Of a stretch of DNA of 64,000 nucleotides, positions 1-11,254 are shown piece by piece (positions within the stretch are counted from its first letter, which is position 1; every line of letters begins with the position of its first letter). The stretch comes from Isurus oxyrinchus (Eukaryota), in the NCBI GenBank assembly GCA_026770705.1, contig JANJGN010000052.1, positions 3,658,001-3,722,000 of the forward strand, read 5' to 3'. The translations under genes and the position numbers were made by a program. A model generated the notes under the pieces. The model made no database searches. It was not told the DNA's origin and saw nothing but the letters and a program-made list of their open reading frames with translations.

Positions 1-222
1 GAAGCTTTCACAGTACCCACCCACCATCAGTACAGCAGGTCCTCAGTACTCACCCTCCAACAGGGCAGCACTCCCTCAGTACTGACCCTCCAACAGTGCA
101 GCACTCCCTCAGTACTGAACTGAAGAGTCTGCCTGAATGATGTGCTTTGTGGTGAAGGATTGATATTACACCTTTAACATTGTCAGGGTCTCTGAAAGTA
201 ACTGATCTTTATTTGTTTTTAG

Positions 223-504
223 ATGCACCACAGAATCTCTCAATTACTTTTCATGATATGATTAACGCTTCATCGATCAATATAATTGAGGGGAATTCTG
301 CAGAGATAATCTGCTCTGTCGAGAGCTTCCCAGCTTCTAACCTGACGTGGCGACATCTTAATGTCCCAATGAACAGAACAAGTTCCAACAATGAGCTGTG
401 GTTGGTGATTCCTCACGTTACATCCAGGGACACTGGAGACTATCAGTGTGTGGCAGAGAATGAACATGGAGCAGTGGAGGGGTTCATAACCATCACTGTG
501 GAAC
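223..504 (+). CDS. Gene A: Ig (I/C2-set) exon DAPQNLSITF...GDYQCVAENEHGAVEGFITITVE of a Siglec-like receptor
   Basis: AG at 221-222, GT at 505-506; 282 bp, phase 1/1; Ig C...W...DxGxYxC pattern; four N-glycosylation sequons (NLS, NAS, NLT, NRT). Confidence 0.9.
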
Positions 505-1169
505 GTGAGTTAACACAAATTGCAATAACACTGTCACATACAGACGCACACACACACACATAGACATACACATGCACACACACTCACTCATGAACAGATG
601 TATACAAACAGGCACACNNNNNNNNNNNNNNNNNNNNNNNNNNNNNNNNNNNNNNNNNNNNNNNNNNNNNNNNNNNNNNNNNNNNNNNNNNNNNNNNNNN
701 NNNNNNNNNNNNNNNNNNNNNNNNNNNNNNNNNNNNNNNNNNNNNNNNTCCTCTCTCAGTGCTGCACTGGAGTCTCGGTATCAGCCCTGATTCTGTGTTG
801 AAGGAAGGTAAACTCCAGATCAACAAGACCCTGAATTGGATGAGCAAGCTCCTGAACAGTGAATTTTATATTTACCCCTCAGTGCTCCATCAATCAAATA
901 CAATTCATTGCCTGTCAAGCCCTTGGCGAATTCCTGAAGATGTGAATGGAACTTTCTTTCATTCTAGATTGACAGCACCTCAACTGGTGGGAGAATGCAA
1001 CTGCAGTGTGACAGTTTACATAGGCAGTGTCCATTATAAATGTGACAGAGGAACTTATTCTGAGGAAAGGTGCCTGGAAATGCATTCAGACATCAGATTC
1101 AAAGAGATGATACATGGAGTCTTGCTGTGCACTGCGCTTGCTCACTCTAAAATCTTTATATGTTTATAG

Positions 1170-1451
1170 ACGCACCACAGAATCTCTCAATTACTTCTCT
1201 AGATATGATTAACACTTCATCAATCAATATAATTGAGGGGAATTCTGCAGTGATAATCTGCTCTGTTGAGAGCTTCCCAGCTTCTAACCTGACGTGGCGA
1301 CATCTTAATGTCCCAATGAACAGAACAAGTTCCAACAATGAGCTGTGGTTGGTGATTACTCACGTTACATCCAGGGACACTGGAGAATATCAGTGTGTGG
1401 CAGAGAATGAACATGGAGCAGTGGAGGGGTTCATAACCATCACTGTGGAAC
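1170..1451 (+). CDS. Gene A: second, near-identical Ig exon
   Basis: AG at 1168-1169, GT at 1452-1453; 282 bp; only about 6 aa differences from exon 223-504. Confidence 0.9.
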
Positions 1452-1489
1452 GTGAGTTACACAGAATTGAACGTTCTCGTGTTATTAGC

Positions 1490-2530
1490 TCATGGGATGT
1501 GGGCATTGTTGACAAGACCAGAAATCATTGCCCATCTGTAACTGCCCCTTGAGAAGGTGGTGGTGAGCTGCCTTCTTTAACCACTGCAGTCCATGTGGTG
1601 AAGGCACACCCACAGTGCTGTTAGGGAGGGAGTTCCAGGATTTTGACCCAGCGACGGTGAAGGAACGGCCGATATAGTTCCAAGTCCCAGGGCAGACCAC
1701 CACCTCAAGTTCGCCTCCAAGTCAAAGCCCTCACTGACTTGGAACTGTCTTGGTGGAAGAGGTTAAGTGTTTGGAAGGTGCTGTCGAAGGAGCCTTGGTG
1801 AGTTGCTGCAGCGCATCTTGTAGATGGTGCACACACTGCTGCCATTGTGTGCCAGTGGTGGAGGGTATGAATGTTTATGCTGGTGGATTGGCTGTCGATC
1901 AAACAAACAGCTCCTGGATGGTGTCGAGGTTCTTGAGTGTTGTTGGAGCTGCACTTATCCAGCCAAGTGGAGATTATTCCATCACACTCCTGACTTGTGC
2001 CTTGTCCGATGGTGGACAGGCTTTGGGGAGTCAGGAGGTGAGTTACTCACCGCAGAGTTCCCAGCCTCTGACCCGCATTTGTAGCCACATTATTTCCTGT
2101 TGCCGGGCTGTTGCCAGGGCCAATAGCCTTTGCTGTATCCAGTATCATCAGCTGATTCCTGATGTCACGTGGAGTCAATCGAATTGTCTGAAAGCTGACA
2201 TCTGTGATGCTGGGACCCTCTGGAGGAGGCCGAGATGGATCATCCACTCAGCACTTCTGGCTGAACATGGTTGCCAATGCTTCAGCCTTGTCATTTGCAC
2301 TGATGTGCTGAGCTCCCCCATCATTAAGGATGGGGATATTTGTGGAACATCCTCCTCCTGTTAGATCTTTAATTGTCCATCACCATTCATGACTGGATGT
2401 GGCAGGACTGCAGAGCTTAGATCTGACCCGTTGGTTGTGGGATCGCTTTGCTCTGTCTATAGCATGTTGTTTCCGCTGTTTGGTGTGTATGTAGTCCTGT
2501 GTGTCACCTCAGCAGCTTGGCACCTCTGTT
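1490..2530 (-). mobile_element. Rearranged non-LTR retrotransposon (CR1/Jockey-group) fragments
   Basis: Same 3' sequence recurs at 37735-38200, 40340-40805 and (opposite strand) 44600-45055; RT-like remnant 'LMILDTAKAIGP'. Confidence 0.7.
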
Positions 2531-2718
2531 ATATGTGAATCCTCCTTATAGAAACCTGCATGTACATGGATATTATCAATAAATATTACATAGATAAATG
2601 TTATTTGTATAGACCTTTCATGCATAGACAATATCACTTCACAAGTTCAGAATTACTACATGTACATAGGGAACCATTCTCAAACTGTACCGGAGTCATT
2701 CATTGGCTGATTTTACAG

Positions 2719-2815
2719 GGCGAGATTCCAATGAATGGAAAGCAGGATTGCTTGGAGCTGGAATCTGTTTGAGTGTTGGACTGAGTGGATTCTTCATCTT
2801 CAAGTGTGTGAGAAA
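2719..2815 (+). CDS. Gene A: transmembrane exon (R)RDSNEWKAGLLGAGICLSVGLSGFFIFKCVRK
   Basis: ttttacAG acceptor, GTAAG donor; 97 bp, phase 1/2; same length as and homologous to gene E TM exon 37513-37609. Confidence 0.85.
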
Positions 2816-3439
2816 GTAAGTGTGAAGGTTTAATTGGTTGTTTTCAAAAATGTTTTCTTCAAACTTCTCTCCTTATAGAAAGAACTTGCATTTCTATAAC
2901 ACCTTTCACAACCCAAAACCCTTCACAACCCCTGAAGAGCTTTGATGTTCACTCACTGTTTCACATCTCATCCAACACTCACTGTTTCACAACGCAGTCC
3001 TGTAACTGGCAGTGTTGACCTGGACCATAAAATACCTTGTGACTTCCTGAGGATGTGAAAGGGGATATATAAATGAAGACATTTCTTTTGTTAGTGAATG
3101 CAATCTCTTTCCATTTTCAGTGTCTAATTCACTCTCTCTCTTACCTCCACTAATGCTCTCCTTCTTATTCTCTCTCTCTCTCATTCGCTCTCTCTCCAAT
3201 CTCCACTAATGCTCTCCTTCTCATTCTCTCTCTCTCTCATTCACTCTCTCTTATCTCCACTAATGCTCTCCTTCTCATTCTTTCTCTCGTCCTCTTACAC
3301 ATTGTTCAGTATCTCACAATTTTAAGGAGCGCTGAGCAACGTCTGCTCCATCAGAAGATCCACCTCAACACCTGGAGCGAGCAGTGAATTGAAACTCGCT
3401 CAACGACTGTTCAGATTTACACAGGAATCACGACACAGA

Positions 3440-3665
3440 GTCAGGACACAAAGGGTTAACAGTTTGCTTACAACACAACACTAAGGCCTTACGTTTCAGT
3501 GAAAGGGTTTTCACAATTGTTCCCCAATTCCTCATTTTGTCTCACAGAGATACATCAACCCTTTCTCATTAAATACACAGAGGGAGCAGCACAGGAAGAG
3601 GTCATTCAGCCCAGTCAGAGCGTGTGGGCAGTTCCTCCCCAGGCGAGCAGTCGGACAGGTACTGG
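3440..3665 (+). promoter_or_regulatory. Copy B of the cluster promoter/non-coding exon-1 module (no leader exon follows)
   Basis: Homologous to 8240-8450, 10478-10683 and 21930-22072, including the GG|GTAAGT donor and ~160 bp of following intron. Confidence 0.65.
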
Positions 3666-3829
3666 GTAAGTAACGGAACGATTGGTACTCACTTCCACCA
3701 CCAACACCGTCCTTTGTTGATGTTGTGACTTTATAAAGACAGATTCCAATGATTGATGCCTTTGAAAGATTTCTACTGATTATTGAGATCTGGGTGTGAG
3801 GCTCAGGTCTGTTGTACAGAACATCTTTC

Positions 3830-4105
3830 TGGGTAAATTATGCAGACAGGTTACACACAGTCTACGATTATATTCCCTCAGGTCTAGAAGATTAAGGAGT
3901 GATCTAATTGAGGGATTCAAAATGATTAAACACTCGAAAGGGTCGATAGAGAGAAGCTATTCCCTCGGGTGGGGGTGGGTGGTGGGGGTCGGGTGGAGTC
4001 CAGAACAAGGGGGCCGGAACTTCAGATTGGAGCCAGGCCATTCAGGGGTGATTTCAGGAAGCACTTCTTCACACAAAGGGGAGTGGAAATCTGGAACTCT
4101 CTCCT
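3830..4105 (+). mobile_element. CR1-like LINE 3' fragment
   Basis: 'LYSLRSRRLRSDLIEGFKMIK' and 'FRKHFFTQRGVEIWNSL' are typical CR1 ORF2 C-terminal motifs. Confidence 0.75.
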
Positions 4106-4176
4106 CAATAATCAAACCCAACACCGAATACACATCATGTTGATTGTCACTCTGTCCATTTCCATCTCTATTACAG

Positions 4177-4281
4177 AAGAGAGGTGAGGGGAAAGCAGGA
4201 ATCAAATCGAACCACCGTGTTGATGAATATCGAGATCCTGTTTATGAAAACTGTGAGTGTGGTTGGGCTTTGAGGAATCAG
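4177..4281 (+). CDS. Cytoplasmic exon KRGEGKAGIKSNHRVDEYRDPVYENCECGWALRNQ
   Basis: Pyrimidine-rich ttacAG acceptor, CAG|GTGAGT donor; 105 bp, phase 0/0; paralogous to exon 5299. Confidence 0.75.
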
Positions 4282-4410
4282 GTGAGTCACACACCACAGG
4301 ATCCCCAGCCTCTCAGCTGCTCCAGTAGCCTGGTTATTGATATGGCTGCTCCAGTCCTGTATCTGCAATGTTTTATACAGTCACTCCCAAACCCAACCAA
4401 ACTCACACCC

Positions 4411-5203
4411 AACACCGTTCAGAATCAATAATCAAACCCCGTTCAGTATCAATAATCAAACCCCGTTCAGTATCAATAATCAAACCCCGTTCAGAATCAA
4501 TAATCAAACCCCGTTCAGTATCAATAATCAAACCCCGTTCAGTATCAATAATCAAACCCCGTTCAGAATCAATAATCAAACCCCGTTCAGAATCAATAAT
4601 CAAACACCGTTCAGAATCAATAATCAAACCCCGTTCAGAATCAATAATCAAACCCCGTTCAGTATCAATAATCAAACCCCGTTCAGAATCAATAATCAAA
4701 CCCCGTTCAGTATCAATAATCAAACCCCGTTCAGAATCAATAATCAAACCCCGTTCAGTATCAATAATCAAACCCCGTTCAGAATCAATAATCAAACCCC
4801 GTTCAGTTTCAATAATCAAACCCCGTTCTGTATCAATAATCAAACCCCGTTCAGAATCAATAATCAAAACCCATTCAGTTTCAATAATCAAACCCCGTTC
4901 AGTATCAATAATCAAACCCCTTTCAGAATCAATTATCAAACCCTGTTCAGTGTAAATAATCAAACCCCTTCCAGTATCAATAATCAAACCCCGTTCAGAA
5001 TCAATTATCAAACCCCATTCAGAATCAATAATCAAACCCCGTTCAGAATCAATTATCAAAACCTGTTCAGAATCAATAATCAAACTCCGTTCAGAATCAA
5101 TAATCAAACCCCATTCAGAATCAATAATCAAACTCCGTTCAGTATCAATAATCAAACCCCGTTCAGTATCAATAATCAAACCCTGTTCAGTATCAATAAT
5201 TAA
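4411..5203. repeat. 24-bp intronic minisatellite (AATCAAACCCCGTTCAG[A/T]ATCAAT), ~33 copies
   Basis: Direct tandem repeat; gives 8-aa periodic ORFs in several frames. Confidence 0.95.
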
Positions 5204-5298
5204 TGTATCTATTGTGGGTGGAATTTTTGATTTGGATCAATAATACTAAACACTGATCACTCTGATTGTCACTCTGATCATTTCTGTTTCTATTACAG

Positions 5299-5415
5299 AA
5301 GAAAGATGAGAAGGATCTGGAAATGAAATCTAACCGCGGAGTCAATCCTGATACAGATGATGATCTTTACGCAAACTGTGAATTTGCTGAGGATTCTGTT
5401 TATGGGAATTTATAA
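5299..5415 (+). CDS. Terminal cytoplasmic exon KKDEKDLEMKSNRGVNPDTDDDLYANCEFAEDSVYGNL*
   Basis: ttacAG acceptor at 5297-5298; in frame with exon 4177; TAA at 5413-5415; AATAAA downstream at 6189 and 6357. Confidence 0.8.
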   Translation, partial: KKDEKDLEMKSNRGVNPDTDDDLYANCEFAEDSVYGNL

Positions 5416-6469
5416 ACTGAGCAAGAATGAGACCCACACAGTGTGGGGAGAATACAGAACGGGAGAATCATTCAAAACTCTAACTTACCTTCCTACTATC
5501 CACAGGAACTCACTCCCAGGAAATAGATTTAAACCTCTTGTTACAATCTGATGGAATTTCTTCGGAATGATCTATCCAGGATGATTGTCTGTGGGTTTCA
5601 ATTCGAACATCCTCCTTCAGAATTGTCCCTCACTGTTGGAAAAATCCTTCTCTCCAATCTGATTGTAAATGTCTTTAGATATCGTTCGATGATGTACCAG
5701 GACAGAACGGACAAATTCAATCCCGTGTCCTTGATTATGAGTTAATTTTCATTCTGTTATTCACCTTCCTGTCTGTCAGTGTTTACAGAATATTCATCAG
5801 CCAGTGTAGACTTCAGGAAATGCAGGATCGGTGGATAATTGGAGCAGAGGAGATTGGTAAAATTTACTCACCATTTTGTAGTCAAATGTATTTTCAGAAA
5901 TGTATTTTGATTTTACACTTCATCGTTAAACAGTGAAACGAACAACAATCTGGGAAACAGGGAAACAATTTGTTTGGAGATTTGAGAAGTTCTCTGCAGC
6001 TCAGAGGATAACAGATGTGCTACAGTGCCACCACTGGTGGGAGGACATCATTTCAGCGTGACATGTTTACATTGATGTTGCCAATGAACATTGGAAATTA
6101 TGATGTCAAAAATTGGTTCCAGCTTTACCTTCTTCAATATGTCATGGATGGATGAGACAGCTTTGATAACAGAATGAAATAGAGCTGCAATAAACCACCA
6201 TTTTAGTCTTTCACACTTGGAGAGTACAATTAGCATCCATTCTGAAGGCTGAGTGGATGGGTGGACTGTGCGATGTGTTTCAGATTACAGAGACCAACTT
6301 CCTTGATCCTGGTTCTGCTCTATGTTTGATGACATTCTTGGATGAAAGATTGGGAAAATAAATAATCCTCCGGCCTTAACCTGTAACTGGTCTCTCCATC
6401 TGTCAATGTCCTGAGGACAGAATTGGGTTTGAGGTCCAAAATCAGACGCATACTTTGACTGCCCATTGA

Positions 6470-8200
6470 ATAGGAACAGGAGGAGGCCATTCAGCCCCCT
6501 CGAACCTGTTACACAGGAACAAGAGAGTACCTGAAATAAAAACAGAAAATGCTGGAGAAACTGAGTAGGTCTGGCAGCATCTGTGCAGAGATAAACAGAA
6601 TTAACATTTCGAGTCCGTATGATCCTTCTTCGGAGTCTATAAGCAAGAACTCGGTTTATCTCTCCACAGCTGCTGCCAGACCTGTTGAGTTAAGGCAGCA
6701 TTTTCTGTGTTTATTTAAGATTTACAACATCTGCGGTATTTATTTTTAATGAGACGAGGACATTCAGCCCCTCGACCCTGTTACACAGGAACAGGAGGAG
6801 GCCCATTCAGTCACACAAGCCTCTTACACAAGAACAGGAGGAGGTCCATTCAGCCCCTCAAGCCTGCTACACAGGAACAGGAGGAGGCCCATTCAGCCCC
6901 CTCGAGCTTGTTACACAGGAACAGGAGGAGGCCATTCAGCCCCCTTAAGCCTGTTACACAGGAACAGGAGGAGGCCATTCAGCCCCAAGAGACTGTTATA
7001 CAGGAAAAGGAGGAGGCCATTCAGCCCCTCAAGCCTGTTACACAGGAACAAGAGGAAGCCCATTCAGCCCCTCGAGCCTGTTACACAGCAACAGGAGGAG
7101 GCCCATTCAACCCCTCGAGCCTGTTACAGAGGAACAGGAGGAGGCCCATTCAGCCCCTCGAGCCTGTTACACAGGAACAGGAGGAGGCCATTCAGCCCCT
7201 CAAGCCTGTTACACAGGAACAGGAGGAGGCCCATTCAGCCCCTCGAGCCTGTTACACAGCAACAGGAGGAGGCCCATTCAGACCTTCAAGCCTCTAACAC
7301 CAGAACGGAATGAGGTCATTTCAGCCCCATGAGCTTGATGAACAGGAACAGGAGGAGGTCCATTAAGCCCCTCAAGTCAGTTACATAGGAACAGGAGAAG
7401 TCTCATTCAGCCACACGAGCATCTTATATAAGAACATGAGGGGGCCCAAACAGCCCCTCAAGCCTCTTACACAAGAAACGGAGGAGGAGGTTCATTCAGT
7501 CCCTCGAGGCTGTTACACAGGAACAGGAGGAGGCCCATTCAGCCCCTCAAGCCTGCTACACAGGAACAGGAGGAGGTCCATTCAGCCCCTCAAGCCTGCT
7601 ACACAGGAACAGGAGGAGGCCCATCAGCCCCCTCGAGCTTGTTACACAGGAACAGGAGGAGGCCATTCAGCCCCCTTAAGCCTGTTACACAGGAACAGGA
7701 GGAGGCCATTCAGCCCCATGAGACTGTTATACAGGAAAAGGAGGAGGCCATTCAGCCCCTCAAGCCTGTTACACAGGAACAGGAGGAAGCCCATTCAGCC
7801 CCTCGAGCCTGTTACACAGGAACAGGAGGAGGCCCATTCAGACCTTCAAGCCTCTTACACCAGAACGTAAGGACGTCATTTCAGCCCCATGAGCTTGATG
7901 AACAGGAACAGGAGGAGGTCCATTAAGCCCCTCAAGTCAGTTACATAGGAACAGGAGAAGTCTCATTCAGCCACACAAGCATCTTATATAAGAACATGAG
8001 GGGGCCCAAACAGCCCCTCAAGCCTCTTACACAAGAAGCGGAGGAGGAGGTTCATTCAGTCCCTCGAAGATGTTATACAGGAACACGAGGAGGTCCATTC
8101 AGCCACACAAGCCTCTTACACAATAACAGGAGGAGGTACATTCAGCCCCTCAAGCCTGTTACACAGGAACAGGAGGAGGCCCGTTCAACCCCCTCGAGCT
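6470..8200. repeat. 42-43-bp tandem repeat (ACAGGAACAGGAGGAGGCCATTCAGCCCCTCAAGCCTGTTAC) with a ~560-bp higher-order duplication
   Basis: Tandem units; a variant block at 7281 recurs at 7841; unit resembles the antisense CR1 3' tail seen at 14785 and 30545. Confidence 0.9.
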
Positions 8201-8239
8201 TGTTGCATGTGAAAAGTCGATGGCCCTTCAGCCACATTC

Positions 8240-8450
8240 TTGGCACACAAAGGGTTAACAGTTTTCTAACTGTGCGAGGCAAAGAGATGCTTTCTAACTT
8301 GGTACTAACCACTTCCTCATTTTGTCTCAAAGTGACACATCCACCCTTTCTAATTAAATACACAGAGGGAGCAGCACAGGAAGAGGTCATTCAGCCCAAG
8401 CAGAGCGTGTGGGCAGTTCCTCCCCAGGCGAGCAGTCAGACAGGTCCTGG
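8240..8450 (+). promoter_or_regulatory. Module C: promoter and non-coding exon 1
   Basis: ETS/PU.1-like CACTTCCTCATTTT at 8310-8323; AT-rich box; donor GTAAGT at 8451; followed by a leader exon as in D and E. Confidence 0.65.
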
Positions 8451-8893
8451 GTAAGTAACGGAACGATTGGAATTCACTTCCACCACCAACACCGTCCTTT
8501 GTTGATGTTGTGACTTTATAAAGACAGATTCCAATGATTGATGCCTTTGAAAGATTTCTACTGATTATTGAGATCTGGGTGTGAGGCTCAAGTCTGTTGT
8601 ACAGAACATCTTTCTAGCTCAAGGGATGAGGGAAGAGCAGGGACATGAGCTTTGGGGTGTCCTGAGCAGGTGAAAGGCGATATAGAAATGCAAGTCCTTC
8701 ATTGTGTTACTTTCTTAAAGCCTTGTAACTCTCTGCAGAGCAACTATCATCCCACAGAGAATGAAATTAGTCTGTGAAGACATTGTCTAAAAGTGGTTCT
8801 GATCTCTCGAGAGGTGTCGGACAAGAGGTGAGGTCTCGTTAACTCATTTCTCTTTCACAGCTTGAGAACCAATGAAATACCTGGGAGTGGACA

Positions 8894-8933
8894 ATGATCA
8901 GGAAATCTTACTTCCTCCTGTCACTTCTCCAAG
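8894..8933 (+). CDS. Module C: orphan signal-peptide exon MIRKSYFLLSLLQ
   Basis: Acceptor at 8859-8860, ATG 8894, G|GTAAT donor, phase 1; near-identical to the D and E leaders; no V exon before the next promoter. Confidence 0.75.
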
Positions 8934-9717
8934 GTAATATCATTGTCAGCTCGGATAGATTTATGGCTAATCATCTTTGTAAAACATAATTCTTATTGAG
9001 TGTGATTGGGAACAGATTCAGCAGTGAGCCAGTGTACCATCTCACACCAAGTCCCATTCACCCATCACCCCTGTGCTCACTGATATACACTGACTCCCTG
9101 TCTGACAGCAGAATTGGAGGAGAGCAGAGGACTTTGAGGTTTGCATGGTTGGAGGAGAAAGTGATTGGAGAAGAGGAATGGAGGGAATGGAAATTGAGGA
9201 TGAGAGTCTTAAACTCGAGGCTCTGCTGGACTGGGAGCCAGTGCAGGTCAGCGAGTGGCAGAGGGTGTGAGGTGTTGAGTTGAGAAACAGTGATAAATAC
9301 TGGGGGATGAAGTCTATCCTGATGCTTGGACGCCGATAGCAAAGGAATGAAATTTGTGTCTTTTGCTGATTTTAATCAGAATTTCCCATGAAGACAACAC
9401 AGCAGCTCCTAGAATAGACAGGCTGTTCAGTGTCACACTTCCTGTCCATTCTCACCATGCTAGATACTTCAATAAGGGAGCAAGATAACTGAAAGAGAGA
9501 AGGAAGGTAAAGCTGTCCATGTGTAAAGGTGTCAATATTCAGTTTGTATATTTGTCTTTCTCTCGACACATGCAGAGCTCAGGCTAGAGGCACTTTGTTA
9601 GTGTGTTTCACAGTGTCTGCTGGAGTAGGGTCAGTGCTGAGCTTGGGGACAAGTCAGTCTACAATGCTGCATCGGAATCAACAATACAACAATATGGGGT
9701 TTGGATCAGAAATAATC

Positions 9718-9982
9718 CCTTAGACAATGAGGATCCAACGAGATTCCATAGACAATGAGGATCCAAAGAGATTCCTTAGACAATGAGGATCCAAAGAGAT
9801 TCCTTAAACAATGAGGATCCAAAAAGATTCCTTAGACAATGAGGATCCAAAGAGATTCCTCAGACAATGTGGATCCAAAGAGATTCCTTAGACAATGAGG
9901 ATCCAAAGAGATTCCTTAGACAATGAGGATCCAAAGAGTTTCCTTAGACAATGAGGATCCAAAGAGATTCCTTAGACAATGA
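9718..9982. repeat. 28-bp tandem repeat (TTAGACAATGAGGATCCAAAGAGATTCC), ~9 copies
   Basis: Head-to-tail units with no spacers. Confidence 0.95.
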
Positions 9983-10477
9983 ACATACAAAGTGCACCAA
10001 TCAGATTGAATCAGATTAACCAATCAGCTGTGTTGAGGAGCAGACAGGAATGTTAGGCTAATTAGTGATTCATGACGGTGATAATGGGGGAGTTCTGAGG
10101 GCTCCTAATCCATTGTCCTGTCTTGTAAATCAGCACCTTAATACTGACCCTCCAACAGTGCAGCACTCCCTCAGTACTGATCCTCCAACATTGCAGCACT
10201 CCCTGATTAATGTCCCTCTGACACAGCAGCACTCCCTCAGTACTGACCTTACAATAGTGCAACACTCGCTCAGTAATGACCATCTGACAGTGCAGCACTC
10301 CCTCAGTACTGACACTGGGGAGTTTCAGTCTACTCTGTGGGGCAGACGTCCCCTGAATCGGGTCTTGAACCCCACAACATTCTGACCCCCTGAATTTGGC
10401 TGTGAAACCCACTGACCCACAGGAGAAATTCCTGGTCAATGACTGTCCACCTGTGAGCAGAAATATCACCACAGGGT

Positions 10478-10683
10478 CAGGACACAAAGGGTTAACAGTT
10501 CACCAACATCTCAAAACATGAGCTGCTCTGTCACTTTGATCCAACTTCCTTATTTTGAATCACAGAGACACATCCCCCCTTTCTAATTAAACACACAGAG
10601 GGAGCAGCACAGGAACAGGTCATTCAGCCCAAGCAGAGCGTGTGGGCAGTTCCTCCCCAGGTGAGCAGTTGGACAGGTCCTGG
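10478..10683 (+). promoter_or_regulatory. Gene D promoter and non-coding exon 1
   Basis: Same module; AACTTCCTTATTTT at 10543; donor GT at 10684. Confidence 0.65.
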
Positions 10684-11134
10684 GTAAGTAACAGAACAAT
10701 TGGAATTCACTTCCACCACCAACACCATCCTTTTTTTGATGTTGTGACTTTATAAAGACAGATTCCAATGATTGATGCCTTTGAAAGATTTCTACTGATT
10801 ATTGAGATCAGGGTGTGAGGCTCAGGTCTGTTGTACAGAACATCTTTCTAGCTCAAAGGATGAGGGAAGTGCAGGGACATGAGCTTTGGGACATCCTGAG
10901 GTGGTGAAAGGTGCTATAGAAATGCAAGTCCTTCATTGATTTATTTTTTTAAAGCTTTTTAACTCTCTGCGGAGCACCTATCATCCCACAGAGAACCAAA
11001 TTAGTCTGTGAAGACATTGTCTAAAAGCAGTTCTGATCTCTTGAGAGCTGTCGGACAAGAGGTGAGGTCTCATTAACTCCTTTCTCTTTCACAGTTTAAG
11101 AGTCAGAAGCTAAAGGAATATCTGGGAGTGGACA

Positions 11135-11174
11135 ATGATCGGGAAATCTTACTTCCTCCTGTCACTTCTCCAAG
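11135..11174 (+). CDS. Gene D leader exon MIGKSYFLLSLLQ
   Basis: Acceptor at 11093-11094, ATG 11135, donor GT at 11175, phase 1. Confidence 0.85.
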
Positions 11175-11254
11175 GTAATAACATCGTCAGCTTGGACAGA
11201 TTTATGGCTAATAGTCTTTGTAAAAGAACATTCTTATGGAGCTCTGATAGGGAA

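Noticed and set aside
2719-2815. Lys in gene A 'WKAGLL' as an adaptor-pairing residue
   Set aside because: It lies at the outer membrane boundary and the exon is homologous to the neutral TM of gene E
4337-5203. 288-aa NNQTPFRI repeat ORF and overlapping ORFs
   Set aside because: Product of a 24-bp intronic minisatellite; open in several frames on both strands, with no supporting exon structure
6749-8454. QEQEEAIQPLKPVT repeat proteins (also 59967-60567)
   Set aside because: Frame-shifting translations of the 42-43-bp tandem repeat
9718-9982. CRISPR-like 28-bp repeats
   Set aside because: Head-to-tail units without unique spacers, vertebrate context, no cas genes
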